A DNA stretch of 62,302 nt, filler included, from Rhabdomonas costata (GCA_019059605.1; 33 parts of 33 records of this genome joined end to end with filler, not necessarily neighbours in it); one strand, 5' to 3'; positions 37,692 to 51,800 are shown, counted from the whole stretch's first letter. Notes: generated from the letters alone by a model not told the origin. Program-made: numbers and translations.

Positions 37692-37857
37692 GTCATCTCT
37701 CCCCCCACCCCAATATAGAGTGCCGCACCACCCCCACACACACCCAACACNNNNNNNNNNNNNNNNNNNNNNNNNNNNNNNNNNNNNNNNNNNNTTAATT
37801 AATTAANNNNNNNNNNNNNNNNNNNNNNNNNNNNNNNNNNNNNNNNNNNNGTGTGGG

Positions 37858-37933
37858 TGTGTGCATGTGCGCCTCCCCTGTCCGAGGAACCCTTACAATG
37901 CCGCCTCGGACAGGGGAGGCGCACATGCACACA
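37858..37933. repeat. 30-bp perfect inverted repeat at contig start
   Basis: 37858-37887 is the reverse complement of 37904-37933. Confidence 0.9.
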
Positions 37934-39776
37934 TACGCAAACAAGCAGACACCCACACACCCACATGCGTTCGTGCACAAGGTGGGGGCGATTTTTTCTG
38001 GGAGGGGGGATCCTGAGGTCAACTTCGAGGCCAGGCGTGTGCGACCCTCCGCCGGATATGGGCTTATCGGGCCCCAAATCGTTCACGGCACTCTCTGTGT
38101 CTAACTGCGCCGCGTCGTTCACTCTTGTCTCGCAAGGATCGCCACCCCCTTGAGGGCGACGACGAACACGCGGGACCTAGGGGCTAGGGGACCACAATTT
38201 GTCGCATATCCATACACACGTACAGAGAGACTTTCCACGAGGCAGGGCACATCCACACTCACACACGGCACAAGGCGCGAGGATACCGGCAAAAACCGGC
38301 AAAATAAAAACAAGTGATCCCCACCACACAGTGGAGTACTGAACAAAAGAGCGTAACTAGGGCAATGCAGACAGAATTCGGGGGGTTGACCATCACTTAG
38401 AGGTCCGCAGGACGCCATCACAGGGCAGCGCTCCCGGTGCGGTGACGCACCCGCAGGCCTCGAGGAGCACCTCCGAGGGACCGTCCGAGGGCAGCACAGA
38501 GAGAACCTCCCGGAACCACTGCTGCGCCCGTCGGGGGTCGCACTCGATGTACAGCTCGATGCCCTTTTTGGTGCGAAGGCATCAGTAAACTACCAAAAGC
38601 CGAACATCCCCCGGCCTGGTCCGGTCCACAGTTGCACATACAACTCAGATATCCGGTGCCCGGCAATGCAGAAATCAGGAAATCAAAAAGCGGAACGAGC
38701 GGCAGGAGGGGACCCCGAAAAATTAAGTGGCGGGAAACACTTCACTGTTGGCCTGCTGAGCCCAAGGAAACCATTCACTTGCTGGCACTGGCAACTCGTT
38801 TCGTGGATTATCATACTGTTACAGTTTTTAAGGTTGTTTCCTTCTTCGTCTTGCGCTTTAAGGTTGTTGTCTTTCCTATACCCCTCACCCCCCCCCCTCC
38901 TTTCCCACCAAGTCCATGTCTGCTACCTCTTCTTTCTCTTGTCTTCTTAACCCAAGTGTTGACTTCCCGCTCCGCAAGGTCCAATGTAAGTATTGGTTGT
39001 ATTCCTTTTAAGGGGCTCATTGTTAACGCCTTTCGTGCCTGCTTTCCAAATTCCTTTATGCCGTATTTTTGCTCCCTCTGACGTACCAACACCTGAACAA
39101 TGCTGTGCGATGCGTCCAGAACTTTTGTTCTAATAAGGCTGATAAAGTGCATGCATCGTTAGTGATACTTTTTCATTTCGCTCTTCCTTTCGGGGGGGTG
39201 TATTTCTTGGTCGTCAAGTGAATGTGCGTTAAGGCTCCCATCTTCCGAACTCACTGGAAATCACCGCAATTGTGAAGAGTGTTCTGTCCTAAACGCACTA
39301 AAAGAAAAAGCCGCATTATAACAGTGCACGTCGAAAATAAATGAGAGCAACTGGAGGCGTTTCGCTTCAAAAGAAGTCGAAGAAGGAACGCCCCTGTATT
39401 CATTTTTTATTTTAAGGTGAGAAGGTCGGGAAGGGGTTTCCGAGAGCCTTCCATTGACCATTCCATCAATGAAGCACGAAAAGTTCGTATGTCCGTATAC
39501 GCAGAGCAGCTGGACACCTTCTCATATAGCTCGGCCGCTCGAAGCAACATGTCACGGGGGATCCAAGTCCAGTGGAACAGAAGGACGTTTCCCGACCCCA
39601 CACACAGTCAGTCAGTCAGTCCACAGTGGTACCCAACACCCNNNNNNNNNNNNNNNNNNNNNNNNNNNNNNNNNNNNNNNNNNNNTTAATTAATTAANNN
39701 NNNNNNNNNNNNNNNNNNNNNNNNNNNNNNNNNNNNNNNNNCCCTCCCCTGCATATTTGAATATTTTTTTACGCAG

Positions 39777-41144
39777 GTACTTCGTGGGCCTGGATCAGCA
39801 GCACCTCAGCCCCTTTCAGTCGAACGTGTACATGGCCGAGGAGCAGATTCTGTGCTTCGTATGGAAGGGGCCTTTTCGAGTTGGTTTTTTTTTTTGCATT
39901 TTTCTGAATTTTGGGTTATTTTGTTGAATTATAATGCTGTTTTGTGGCCAGCGTTATCTTCCATTACAGGAGCTGCTGGCGAGAAAAGGAACCGCCTACT
40001 CTCTGAGGTGGGTCCTAAGCCCTTTGCCCCACTTCCCCCGCCCGCCCTGTACACTTACTTTGTTTCTCTGCTGAGTTCTCAATCCGTGAACCTAAAAAAC
40101 CTGTGACATTCTTTGGCGTGCACTCGACACAACGGCGTCATCGTTACCCTCGTACTAGAATTGTGTGTTCGCGGATCCGAATATACCGGTAGCTTCGCGA
40201 GCACCCGCGCATGATCTCAAGGTAAGACCTGCAGTGTGTTGCTTAAAAAAAACAAGATTTGTTCTCCTTCCCACACCAATGTGCTACATAAGCAAGCACA
40301 TGCCCTTGCATGTTCTCAACGAATTTCGAGATTCCAAGAGGACAAAAGCAAAGGCTCCTCGGAGAAGGGACTGAGGGTTCGCCAACCCGCTTGCAGATAC
40401 CTTCCTGGGGCTGTTGCTGTGGCGGGCTGCCCCACGGCACTCCCTGAGTTGCTGGAGCAGCGGAAGCAGTGGTCCAACGGCAGCTTGTTTGCCTTATGTA
40501 TGTGGCTTCTCTCAGGACCTCCTTTGTGCTTTTTTTATGGTGCTCACGACAGTTCAACACAAGATTGTGGCAGGTTGTCCGAGGTTGAAGACAGTGCAGC
40601 CACTAGATACAATGAAGAAAGGCCAGAGAGGTGGCATAACAAGGTCTTTTATGTCGCTGACTTCCACTTTCCATCCAGATCTTTCGAGTTGCGCAGTAGC
40701 AATTCCACACACTCAACACTCAGACACTCAGCATCCTGTTCTTGCGATTCTTGTTTTTTGTAGTCATAGCATCGGCATCTCTTTTCTGGTTCCGCAGAAT
40801 GCCCTTCAGAGTGATGGTGACCTTTAAGCCTGAGGTGGCCTGCTGCGCGATTAAACCCGAGATATTCCTAGATGAGAAATTTCTTTTCTGGTGACGTTTC
40901 CGCGCACACTTCTGGATCAGACTTCGTGCAGGGCACACCATTCCGCCTGTGACCCTGTGACCCTCCCCTTTCCGGTCCCACAGTGTACGCCTTATTCCAC
41001 ACGAAGCAGTTCTTCACCAGCGGAATGACCCTACCTTGCAAGGTCGTTATCGCCGCGCAGATCGTCCTCACCGCCGTGCGCACTGTGCTGGGGCAGCTTG
41101 CCATGGGGCTGTACTTCGCATGGTTTGAGGCCACCGTGGTCCAG
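39777..41144 (+). CDS. Chitin-synthase-like GT2 protein with divergent catalytic motifs (4 exons, partial)
   Basis: Exons 39777-39858 (SPFQSNVYMAEEQILCF), 39970-40007 (ELLARKGTAYSLR), 40397-40497 (YLPGAVAVAGCPTALPELLEQRKQWSNGSLFAL) and 40984-41144 (LYALFH...). These are colinear with CHS NMYLAEDRILCFEL...YV..A.A.TDVP...QRRRWLNGSFFA. Confidence 0.85.
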
Positions 41145-41366
41145 GTCTTCATCCCTTTTCCTCGCTTCCCCCGATTCGATCAGCATGAGAAGGAACGTGC
41201 TTTTTGTCCCTTTGTCCCTTTGCCCAGTGCACCTTTGGAAAGGCTTTCTTTGGAACGCTCCGTCTCATTACGGGGCTCGCTTGTCAGCAAGCCAACCTGT
41301 GGAGCAGCCCATCTCTACGGCTGCACACTGCAAAATCCTCCTAGAAGGCCGCAAACCTTGGTTTTC

Positions 41367-41528
41367 TTGGTTTTCTAAAAGAGAACAAAGTGTAGGCTAG
41401 CACACCGTCCGCATGGATGCACGGTGGTTCGCCAGCAAACGCTTGAGTGTGCGTTTGTGTGTGTGTGTGTGCATCTCTGTGCTCAGACGGTGTGCTAGCC
41501 TACACTTTGTTCTCTTTTAGAAAACCAA
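41367..41528. repeat. 43-bp perfect inverted repeat at contig end (probable fold-back artefact)
   Basis: 41367-41409 is the reverse complement of 41486-41528. Confidence 0.9.
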
Positions 41529-42202
41529 CAAANNNNNNNNNNNNNNNNNNNNNNNNNNNNNNNNNNNNNNNNNNNNTTAATTAATTAANNNNNNNNNNNN
41601 NNNNNNNNNNNNNNNNNNNNNNNNNNNNNNNNTTGTGTTTGTTTATGAATTATCTTTTAAGCTTTTTTTTTTGGGGGGGGGGCGTTTGTCCAGTTCTGTC
41701 ATTTTCTTGATTCCTTGGGCCTGCTGTTTCTCGACACTGCACTAAAAGGAGAATAGCAGCTTCTCTTTTTTCTGCTTTCGTATATAAGTATTGCCATCCA
41801 GAAAGAAGGCAACTTGCACAACGTACACATGCAAAACTTGGGCTGCTGGGTTGTCTGCGCTGATGCATATGACATATTAAAAAAATTGACGTCTTCGGTG
41901 ACCTTAGTGTTTCGTTTTTTATCTCTCTTTTTTCTCGTCTTTGCGCTCTCAGCCTGAGAACATTCTTCTCGGTGTGTTTTGCGCTGCGCATTTTTTATTC
42001 ATTGCTTTTTGTTTACTTGAGTTGATTCCTGTCCTTTCATCAGCGAGCATCATTGAAAGGAAGCTTTTTTAAAATTCCACCTCGCACTTGCCATCATCGA
42101 CCATCCTTGATTCTTATTGACGTTCTGAGCAACGGGCAGGAGTTGCCTTCGGAATCGCTCATTCATGTGGGGAAGAATGTGCGTACGCACGCTCTTGTCC
42201 AG

Positions 42203-43294
42203 ATAAGCAGGACCACGCCAAACTGACGGACTTCGGGGTCAGCAGTGTGACAGGCGCCCCGGACATCCTCAAGACAACAAAGGGATCTCCGGCATACATG
42301 GTGCACCCCCACCACCCCTGTGTGTGGGGCCATTCAGTGAATTCCCTCCCCCGACCTTTGGCTTGCTCAGCTTTTTTTTTAAGTTTGTGCTATGATCTTT
42401 TTGGTTTCCTGTTTACCATTGACTGCAGCTGAGGAAGCCGTGCTCAGAGGTAATTTGTTCTCTGTGAAATGTGTTGCGTTTGGCCCACGTCCTGAAGAAG
42501 AGCCCTTTTCTTTGCTTTTGAGAAGAGAGAGTCTCGCACCTCATACGCCCATACGGTCGTAAAGAAAAGGATCCGCATGAATTATGGGTTTGCCGTATCC
42601 GTGCTCAGCAGTGGGGTTTATAAGACAAGTATTAAAGGGCAAGCGCATGTCTTGTGCTTCCTAATCATTGCACACCCACACACATATCAACGGCGCAGTG
42701 GGTATGTTCTTTGGCACAGCCCCCTGAGGAGTTTGACCCGGAGCAACTTGTTGTGGGCGAGAAGGCAGACGTTTGGGCCTTTGGAGTGACGGTATGCGTG
42801 GGGGGAATAGGAGGATTTTACGGGGGAATCGGAAACAGGGGCTCAAAGCCTTCAGTTTTCAGTGGCTTTCAAGGTGTAGCGCAACGTGCTGTGGTTTTCC
42901 GATGGTAGTCGGGAGACTTCTAATGGACTTCTCTTACTTCTATTGTTATTGCATAATGAAGGCTCGCTGAGCATCTGCAGAAGGTGCCCTTGCTTGGTTA
43001 CCTTCGTCATTTTAGCAGCTCACGCCATTCCTGAGTGAGAAGCAAATCGATCGCCAATAGTGACCGTTAGCACCAAAAAAAATAGAAACCCAACAAACCT
43101 TTGAATTGGTTTTCAGATCCCGATTTTCTGGTGTTGCTTCCTCTTCCGGGTGGTACTTTTAGGTGTACGTCATGGCGTTCGGGAAGCTTCCGTTCTGGGC
43201 CAGCGAGCTGTCCGAGCTGGGCGAGAAGGTAAGGTTTCAGGCTGTGGAGTACCCCCCTGACGCGGACAGTCAACTTGTCGATCTCTTGACACAT
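42203..43294 (+). CDS. Ser/Thr protein kinase, CAMKK/GRIK-like (3 exons, partial)
   Basis: Exons 42203-42300 (AKLTDFGVS...TKGSPAYM), 42720-42791 (PPEE..GEKADVWAFGVT) and 43163-43294 (VYVMAFGKLPF...LVDLL). Confidence 0.88.
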
Positions 43295-46200
43295 GTATGC
43301 TGTCTTGCCTGCTGCTGTGCCCAGAGACAAGCCACCTCATTTGCCCGCCTGTAAAAGAAACAAGTAGCGAATCCGTGGGACAGAAGTTGTGCAGCAAAGC
43401 GCAAGAAGAACAACCCACCCAAANNNNNNNNNNNNNNNNNNNNNNNNNNNNNNNNNNNNNNNNNNNNTTAATTAATTAANNNNNNNNNNNNNNNNNNNNN
43501 NNNNNNNNNNNNNNNNNNNNNNNGTGGGGGGTGACAGGGCAGGCGGTGTGTGTCTGCTAGAGCAAGCAGTCTCTCTCGCCCACTTCTCACTCTGCCGTCG
43601 AGCTTTGGAATTCGCTCTGGATGGCTGATCGCTGCGCTGCATGCTTTGGATGCCATAGGTGGGTTGGGAGACGTTCAAATTGGCTTTCTGAGCTTCCGCT
43701 GAGCTCTGATATTCTTTTTGAATGGCTCCCAAGCTCGTTCAGCAAAGCTTCGCTTGGTGATGGAAGCTTTCAACACCTTTTTCTTTGCATCTTTCTGGAA
43801 CAGGTGCCTGCTCACGTTCTCTGCGCAACGGGGCCATGCTGCTCGCCCGGCAGCCGCTGCTCGAGTGCGGGCCTTAATTCGCCGAAGTCGCCGAGCCGTG
43901 GCCGGCTTCCCAAGAAATCCCAAGCCCGGAGCCAGCTCTGCCTTGTTCTCACCGCGTCAGCGGCACCCTCAGTCTCAGCTGTGAGTGGTTCCCCTACAGC
44001 TGCCGCCGCCGCGACACTGGGGACGTTGCCCCGCCTGTCGACCACCCTTTCCGGCTCCCCCTCCCTCGTCCCGGCACACTCCTGCCCCAACTTCCGATTC
44101 TCCTCCCCTGAGCGTTTCTGAAGTAGCTTATGAGGAGGTGGTGGTGGGGTCGTCAGAAATTTGAACAACTATCCAGAAATGGAAAAGTTCTTACAACTGA
44201 CGACACTTTGGCTTTCTTTGGCTTACTCTTGCTTTTTTTTACTTCCCCTGCCCTCACCCTCACCCCATTTCTCGCATCTCTTTCACTCACCTCATCCGTA
44301 TCTTAGTAGGGCGTCGGAATTGTTTGAGCTGAAACGGTGCAGGCTTCCCGCAAAGCCTGCAGAAGAAATTCGTTCTCACACCCTCCCTCCTGCGCAATGT
44401 CCGATGCTTTTGGGTCCTTGCCGGGACCCGAAAAATTTTAAATGGTTTGATGGTTTAGATGGCACCGCACTGCAGTGCCCGAGAGTGAAAGGTCAGAAAA
44501 CCCTGACCCCTAGGATCAACCACGCAGCGTCTCGGGAGCCTACTGTGATACAAAGGACCCCCAGGGCTGCTTGGGCGCCCTCTGGTAGTGGATGTGTTTT
44601 TCTCTGATTGTTTTGGTTGGGTTCGAGCCTCTTCTGTGAGCATGGCAAGTGAGCGCGTTAGATGGTGAGAGTATCACTGTGGGTGTCTGGGTCGGGTCGG
44701 GTCGGGTCGGGTCTCTGGGTCTCTGGTTGCATTGTTTGTCTCCATTATCCGCATGAGCGATGCGTTTGTGCCGAGACAGATTCTCCACCCACCAGATTAC
44801 CAGATGTATTAGAGGATGGAGCCATGTTGTTTTCTTCCAGTTTAGTGGTTACGAGTCCTACTTTGTGTTCTGTGTTCTTTCGTGCCCAAGTGGTTGCGCT
44901 CTGCTTTATCAAAAATTATGTCCGGACACAGTGTGTGTGGAAAGCAGTCATCACACCATTGAAAAGGCCCCGTCGCAGTTCAGAACCAGGAAATCGGGAG
45001 ACGCACAGAGTCATTACTGTTTTTCTCACATCGCCTCCCATACTTCACTTTTTGAGCTGCGACTGCGCAGTGCTGTGCAGTTTTGCTCCGAGTTGCGGTC
45101 CACTGCTTCTCCATCGGCGCTCTTTGACAGTATCAGATAGCTGCACGAAGGTATGAACTGGGTTCATTCAGGGAAGAGTTTGACGCTCCCTCTCTCCGTG
45201 TCTGCGCTTCCTTTGTCCCGTCGGATTGTATTATTTGTGTGCCGTTCCCACACCCATCTTGCCTTCTTACTTTTTTACTTTTTTTTTGGGGGGGGGCGAT
45301 TTCTTTTACCGAAANNNNNNNNNNNNNNNNNNNNNNNNNNNNNNNNNNNNNNNNNNNNTTAATTAATTAANNNNNNNNNNNNNNNNNNNNNNNNNNNNNN
45401 NNNNNNNNNNNNNNTTTCGTGGTTTGGATGGTGGAGGTGGTGTTGACGTCACGGTTTGCGTTCTTGGTGGAGTTGGACGCGGTGTGCGTGACTTGGGTGG
45501 GTGAGGGTGACTGGGGTGACTTTGGGACGTGGGTGAGGATGTAGGTGGTGGTGGTGCGTTCTGACGTGTGTGTTTTTCTTGCGTGGGTGTTTGACGTCAT
45601 TGGTGATGTCGAAGCGACGAATGCCGGAAAGACCCTGGAAGCTTTACTGAGACTGCCATATCAAGCTGAGACTCTGTTGTGAACCCACCTCCCTACGGAC
45701 ACGTGAACTCACCGCTACGCTGGCAGCATGTGAGACCCACATGCGAGAGCCGTGATTCCTACTCGACCAAACACGACCATCGCATGAGAATGAAACTGGC
45801 AGGCTAGGCATATCAGCCGCCCCCACGCACGATAAGGCAACGGAGGAGTACGTTGGGTAGAAGGCCGTGAGACGAAGGCTATGCGTGAACAGCACAGGTT
45901 GCTCAGGAACCGAGTGGCATAGGGTGAGGCATTGACGCAAACCACAGGAAGGCACACGTCACATGGCTCTATGCGACCAGAGAATACAACACAATGGTTG
46001 TGTGTGTGGATGACCAACCCAGGGGCATGGTTATCCTAGTAGTAGTCCTGTACGCGTACCCATTGATTATAGTGGGGGTAGAGTCAGTGCAATGCTGATG
46101 CGCTACACCTGAGTACTCCTACTACATGGTGGTCGTGGCAGTGTAAGTGCCAACCTTGGTGCTAGCATCACACCTACACACAATGGTAGTAGTGTTACCA

Positions 46201-48441
46201 ACTACGTAAACCCACTGTGTATGAGGTGATGTTGGTGGCTGATGTTGGTACCGATGCTGTCAACCCACCTGGTGGTCATGGCGTGGTAACCTGGTAGTGG
46301 TGATGCCTGCCTACCGCCGGTGTTAGCCCTGAGGGTAGAAGTGCCAAAGTGGAGGTCGCCGAGACCGACATGCAGGGTACCAACACCTCAGTTGCGACAC
46401 TCAACGCATCAACCCACTGGCTGATGTTGGTAGGTGTCACCTTACCCGTACGGGATGATGACTCAGACGGTGGCCGCTGCGTTACTCCCTCTGATGTCAC
46501 TCCCTACCACCTAAAAGTTCGGCTTGGTAATTTTCGGGAGTGTCTTTTTGAAGTTGAGCAGAAAAATCCGGTCTTTTCTACTTGCGGTCGCCCCGTTTGG
46601 GTTGGGGTCTGTGCTGAGGGTATTTTCCATCCCGTGTACCCAAGCCCTTGGTAACGAGACTTTGCAACACGAAAACCTGTGCGAAAATCCCGAAACGATG
46701 CTAAATGGCGGTGAACACTTTTTAATGGGTGACCCACTCCACTACAATGGCTATACCTTACCCTACACTACACTAGAACCCTAGAAACGGTGCAACAACA
46801 CACGCTAAGCACAGCCACAAGTACAGAAGGCCTACAGACAAAAAATGCCACGTTACACCAAATAATACCATCATTACACCAATCAATATCAGTATTCTTG
46901 ACGCTACGTAACCACTTCCCCGTTTGTGAAAGGACCGGTATGAGAAACACGCTAACACTCTTACAATACCAAATGTCTTAAAATCACCATGTACGTGTAA
47001 AATGACCACCAAGAAAACATAAAAAGTGGCAATAAAAACACGTGCCTTTTGACAACTTTAGCCGTTTCTACCTGCCCTATCCTGTTTGATTGAAATATGA
47101 GATAAAAATATTCTTGATAACCCCTTCAATTCCGAGCCTAGTGAGAGGAAAAATTACATTAAAAAATTACATTCAACAAGAGAGCAGATGGTTCACCACA
47201 CCAACNNNNNNNNNNNNNNNNNNNNNNNNNNNNNNNNNNNNNNNNNNNNTTAATTAATTAANNNNNNNNNNNNNNNNNNNNNNNNNNNNNNNNNNNNNNN
47301 NNNNNTTGTGGGGGGCACAAACCAAACCGGTGACATGGACGCTGTTCTTACGGCAATGCAATCAGGCAAACAGATCTGGAACTTGCCTGCTCTCTCATGG
47401 TGACTGACCGAGGATGTGTGAGTAGGTTGTAAAAAAACTAGCAAAGCCTGGACCACAATTTCATTGGTGCGCAAAAGTCCTGCTGTTGAAGGGGTCACAT
47501 TGAGCAGCAGTAAAATCCAATAACCAACAAATAACGTAAAGCAATGACTTGGGAGATGATCCCAAGTCATCTCTTTATTGAATACCACTGACATCAAACA
47601 AGTTATCCGATATATTCGACAAGCTACACCGCAGCGGTGCTCGCCGCAGCCCAAAAACGAGAAACTCGGCCGAATGCAAAATTAAGATTAAACCTAGGTG
47701 GCTAGAAAATTGAATGACATCAACAGCCAAGACCAACGTAAGGACCGCAATTGTCTCCCACACTCTCGCCAAGAAAGAAGGCACAGTAGCACACAATGGC
47801 ATTGGGATCGGCCTTCTCGGTAAGCAAAGTGGTGAAAACCCTGGTGCAGATGGCAGACGCCGCTTCACCCTGAGCAGGTGGAATGAAAATAACAAATATA
47901 CTTGATGCTGGTCGACCGTCAAAACCCAACAGTTGCGAATGTCCGAGCCGGAACAAGCGAGCCTGGGAATACCGAGTCGCAGAGGCACCCGCAGTCAACG
48001 GCCAACAACGCCCACCCCACCTCTTGTAGCCGAACATATGTTTGCGTGTACACCGGGCAAGCACAAACATCCAGATCAATCCTGCAGCTGACTCCCAGTC
48101 TGGCATTTCATTGATCGTTTTGATATGAATTTCTCTTTTGGGGGGTGATTTGAACCATAATATGAAAAACCACAGGTCCTGACGAGCGCTAACGGTGGAA
48201 CATGAAAGAGCGCAAGTCCAGAGGACGTCCGTGATTGTGAGGACAATATCCCGGACAAGTGATCTTTCACACTGCGAAGTCTTGCCATAGGTCTGAACAG
48301 TCGCAGATGGGTACTGCAACGCCAAGCGAGTCAAGCGAGGAAAACCAGGAAAAAGGGATGCGATCCGGATTTATTGCTCGATGCCAGGATGCGGTTAATG
48401 GCGAGAGAGTGACTCTGGACAGGGAGGACGCTGACCACAAC

Positions 48442-48849
48442 CTCGCCAAGTTTATCAGCCGAGTACATCAGCGGGGTCTTGTTGTCTTTGTCCTTGGCAT
48501 TGATGTCGACCTTGCACTGGATCAGCTGCAGGGAGACGTCCGCGTAGTTGCGCTGAATGGCGTGCATCAGGGGCGTCTTTCCATCCTTGTCGGCCAGGTC
48601 AGGGTTGGCCTTCAGCTCCACGATCTTCATGGCGACCTCGGGGAGCCCCTTCTCAATCGCGCATATCACAGGGGTCTTGCCATCCACGCCGTCGGTGGTA
48701 TCCAGGTTCACGGGCTTGTCCAGCAGCTTGGCCACCTCCACTACGTCACCCTTCTTGATTTGCCCCAGGAGGGCCACCCCATTGTTCGCTTGCAGCTTCG
48801 CTGTCTCCGCTGAAGCGATCTCCTCCGGCACCTCGGCAAGCTCGTACAC
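48442..48849 (-). CDS. Ankyrin-repeat protein exon
   Basis: Exon bounded by tcgtAG and GTtgtg, with three D.DGKTP-type ankyrin repeats (DGKTPVICAI, DKDGKTPLMHAI, DKDNKTPLMYSA). Confidence 0.9.
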
Positions 48850-51800
48850 CTACGACAGAAATCTAATCCTCCTTAAAAGTAAAAAAGAAGTAAAATCCTA
48901 CATAACATAAGCAAACGTTCGGTACAGTACGACAAAGTACCTGCCACCCGGACACAATTCTCCGACCCGTCAACACAGCATCATATTTCCACCCAAAACA
49001 TACCAGAACGCAAGGCTAAGCGCCCACAAGCAACGAGCACCCATCCCCACGGGTTACGCTTTCTGCGGTCGTTGCTCTTTCATCTCACCCAAAAANNNNN
49101 NNNNNNNNNNNNNNNNNNNNNNNNNNNNNNNNNNNNNNNTTAATTAATTAANNNNNNNNNNNNNNNNNNNNNNNNNNNNNNNNNNNNNNNNNNNNGGCTT
49201 CCTCAGCACCCGGAACGGAAAGGAGGCCAGCCGACCTCCTGTTTCGCCAGTGGCACCACGGACGTGATCTGGCCGTGGGCATGACCATTCACTCCTCCAG
49301 CTTGCTGAGCGCCCCGACAAGAGTCTCAGAATCGGCTACCACCTCCCGCCTCGACAAGGCGGCTGCACACAAGGAACAGCTATCCGCCAAGCTCTGCGAG
49401 GGGCGGGCTGGTTCTTCCAGGCCTTCCCCGCGGACACGAGCCGCCGCCTGGTCAGTCGTGTGATCGCGAAAGCAATCAAAGCAAACCCCTTTGGGGACAA
49501 GGCCCGCGTCTCCTCCAGTATTTTGCGGGCTGTGTCCTCAGCTGCAGTGAGGCGGGCGGCGCGTCAGCTCGCAGAGTTGGGGGAGTATGATTCCCCCTTG
49601 GGACTACATTTGCAAGTGCTGGACAATCTCGCCCCAGGTCCGGTGAGCAGAGAACACGACAGCGCAGCACTCCTCGACGAGGAGGTTGATGACGGTTACG
49701 AAGAGAACATGGGCAGTTCATCTTTTCACCAGTCTTCCTTCATTGACTGCTTGAAAGCTTTTGTTATTGTTCCTCCCTTCAAACTTTACTGTTTTCCCGC
49801 ACTCACGTTCTCCTCTTCTCTTTGCATCTGTGTGGCTGTTGTGTGCGCCGGACTTTGAACACTGGACTTGTGAGGTTTTCTTTCTTTCATTTCGTGTCAC
49901 AGGCAATCTTGTATTTTGCGACTTGTCACCTGTTGGATAATGAGATGCTTTTCTGCATGTTGAAGTCCAGCTGACAAAATGTTCGCCTCGGTATCGCCTT
50001 GTACGTGGCCTTGTTATCTTTGTGTCTGCAACCAAGCCTTTCTAGTCCCTCCTCACCGTATTGCGTCCCGAAACCACCTCTAAACTTCAGGACGAATCTA
50101 CCCGGTCTCGGTGAATCTATTCATCAGCTACTGTCTGGAACTGTAAATCGTTGCCTTACACTTTCAATCGAACACTTGTCGCTGTAATTGTTGCATTTCT
50201 TCTCACTGTGTTTGTGTCGTTATCTCAAGTGTTTGGCTTCCATACTATGTATAATACTTTTATCGTGTTTTTCCAAGTCACACCGAAAAAATTGCGCCCC
50301 GAGTTTTCGAGTCCCCTTTTTGGACCCCTTAAACTGTCTGTGTCTGTGTCATCTTCCAGGTGTTGGGTAAGTATGATGCTGCTGGCACACCCAGCGGAGC
50401 GCGGGCACAAGTTAGCTCCTCTGTGAAGGGCCGCTCCACCGTGCCGGCCGCCCCTCGGCCCGGAGCCTCCGTCTCCAGGCGCAGGCACTTCCGCCGGTGT
50501 GCCGTTCTGTTTGTCGCTGCCTCCCTGCTTTTCCATAACTCATGCTTGAGGCACGGATTGGGTTGATGTTTGCTGACGGAGAATAGCGGAACTTAAGGTT
50601 GAAAAAAACCGGTCCAATGCGAATCACGTCCGCATGCTCCCGTTGTCCGCGGGGCACAAAAGCAAGAAGCAAATAAACCTCGCCATCTCCGGTCCACTTC
50701 CACTGACAGTGAGCCCTTCTCCATCACATTTTTTGGCTGCTTTGCCCCATGTCGACCTCCCAACACGGCACTTCTAACACACCGGCGTTTGGTGCCTTTC
50801 CCTTTACTTGTCTTTCGGTCTGGTGCTCTTTCCCGGCTAAATCCCTGTCACACTCCTCATTTCCTTTATCTTCACCCACCATTCGGTTTTCCTTCTCCTT
50901 TCCCTCCCTGAACGCCATCTTCCATGTGAAAGTCAACAACAATTGACCTCTTTGCCCTGATTCGAGGTGGCATCTACCCCCCACCCNNNNNNNNNNNNNN
51001 NNNNNNNNNNNNNNNNNNNNNNNNNNNNNNTTAATTAATTAANNNNNNNNNNNNNNNNNNNNNNNNNNNNNNNNNNNNNNNNNNNNAGTCACTTGGCGGG
51101 GACTGGATACTGTATGGATTGGGTGGGGGTACAAAGTGACCTTCGGGATTTAGTTGAGCCAAGTATATGCGCTGCCGGGGCGGGTCTACCTTGGGGTCGA
51201 AGGTTTCCAGTGCTGCATCAGCTCTAGGGTATCTCTGCGCGTGGAGCCCGAAAAGCTCATCCTGAATATGCAGCGGCGCGCAAGAAAGAGGTGTAACGGC
51301 AGCAACAAACCCAGGTCCTCCTTTTTGTTTTCTGCAGCCATATTCGCATTACCCAAATATCTTATCTCGTCGTACGCAATGAGATCGCAATTGCAAAGAT
51401 TTGGGGTGGAATGGGTGGAAGAATGACCGAGAAGTGATGCAAAGCGTGTGCGTACGGACGACCTTACTTAACCAATCGAACTCGTCTTCAGCAACCCCAC
51501 CGCTGCACTGCAGTTTGTTTAAGCAGAGGGAGCCTGCGATCTTACGGAGGGTTCACTTGAGCGCCAAATGGGTGGCCGCACGTGAGCATCGGTAGTAGTA
51601 GAGGAGAGGTCACCAGTGGCAACGGAAGCCTGATAACTTTGACTTCAAGTTGGGGATGCCAGGGAATGATGCCATGATGCCAGCGCCTCAATGTGTGCGA
51701 GGTAACTAGTCAAACTACGCCATCTTCCTGTTCCTGAAAGAGGTCGGTACACTCTTCAAGGGGTGCAGGTGAGGTGAGCGGCCTGCATGCGCGCAAGCGA

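Noticed and set aside
43229-43240. 12-nt micro-intron GTAAGGTTTCAG in the kinase
   Set aside because: Too short for a spliceosomal intron, and read-through (KVRFQAVEYP) fits kinase spacing.
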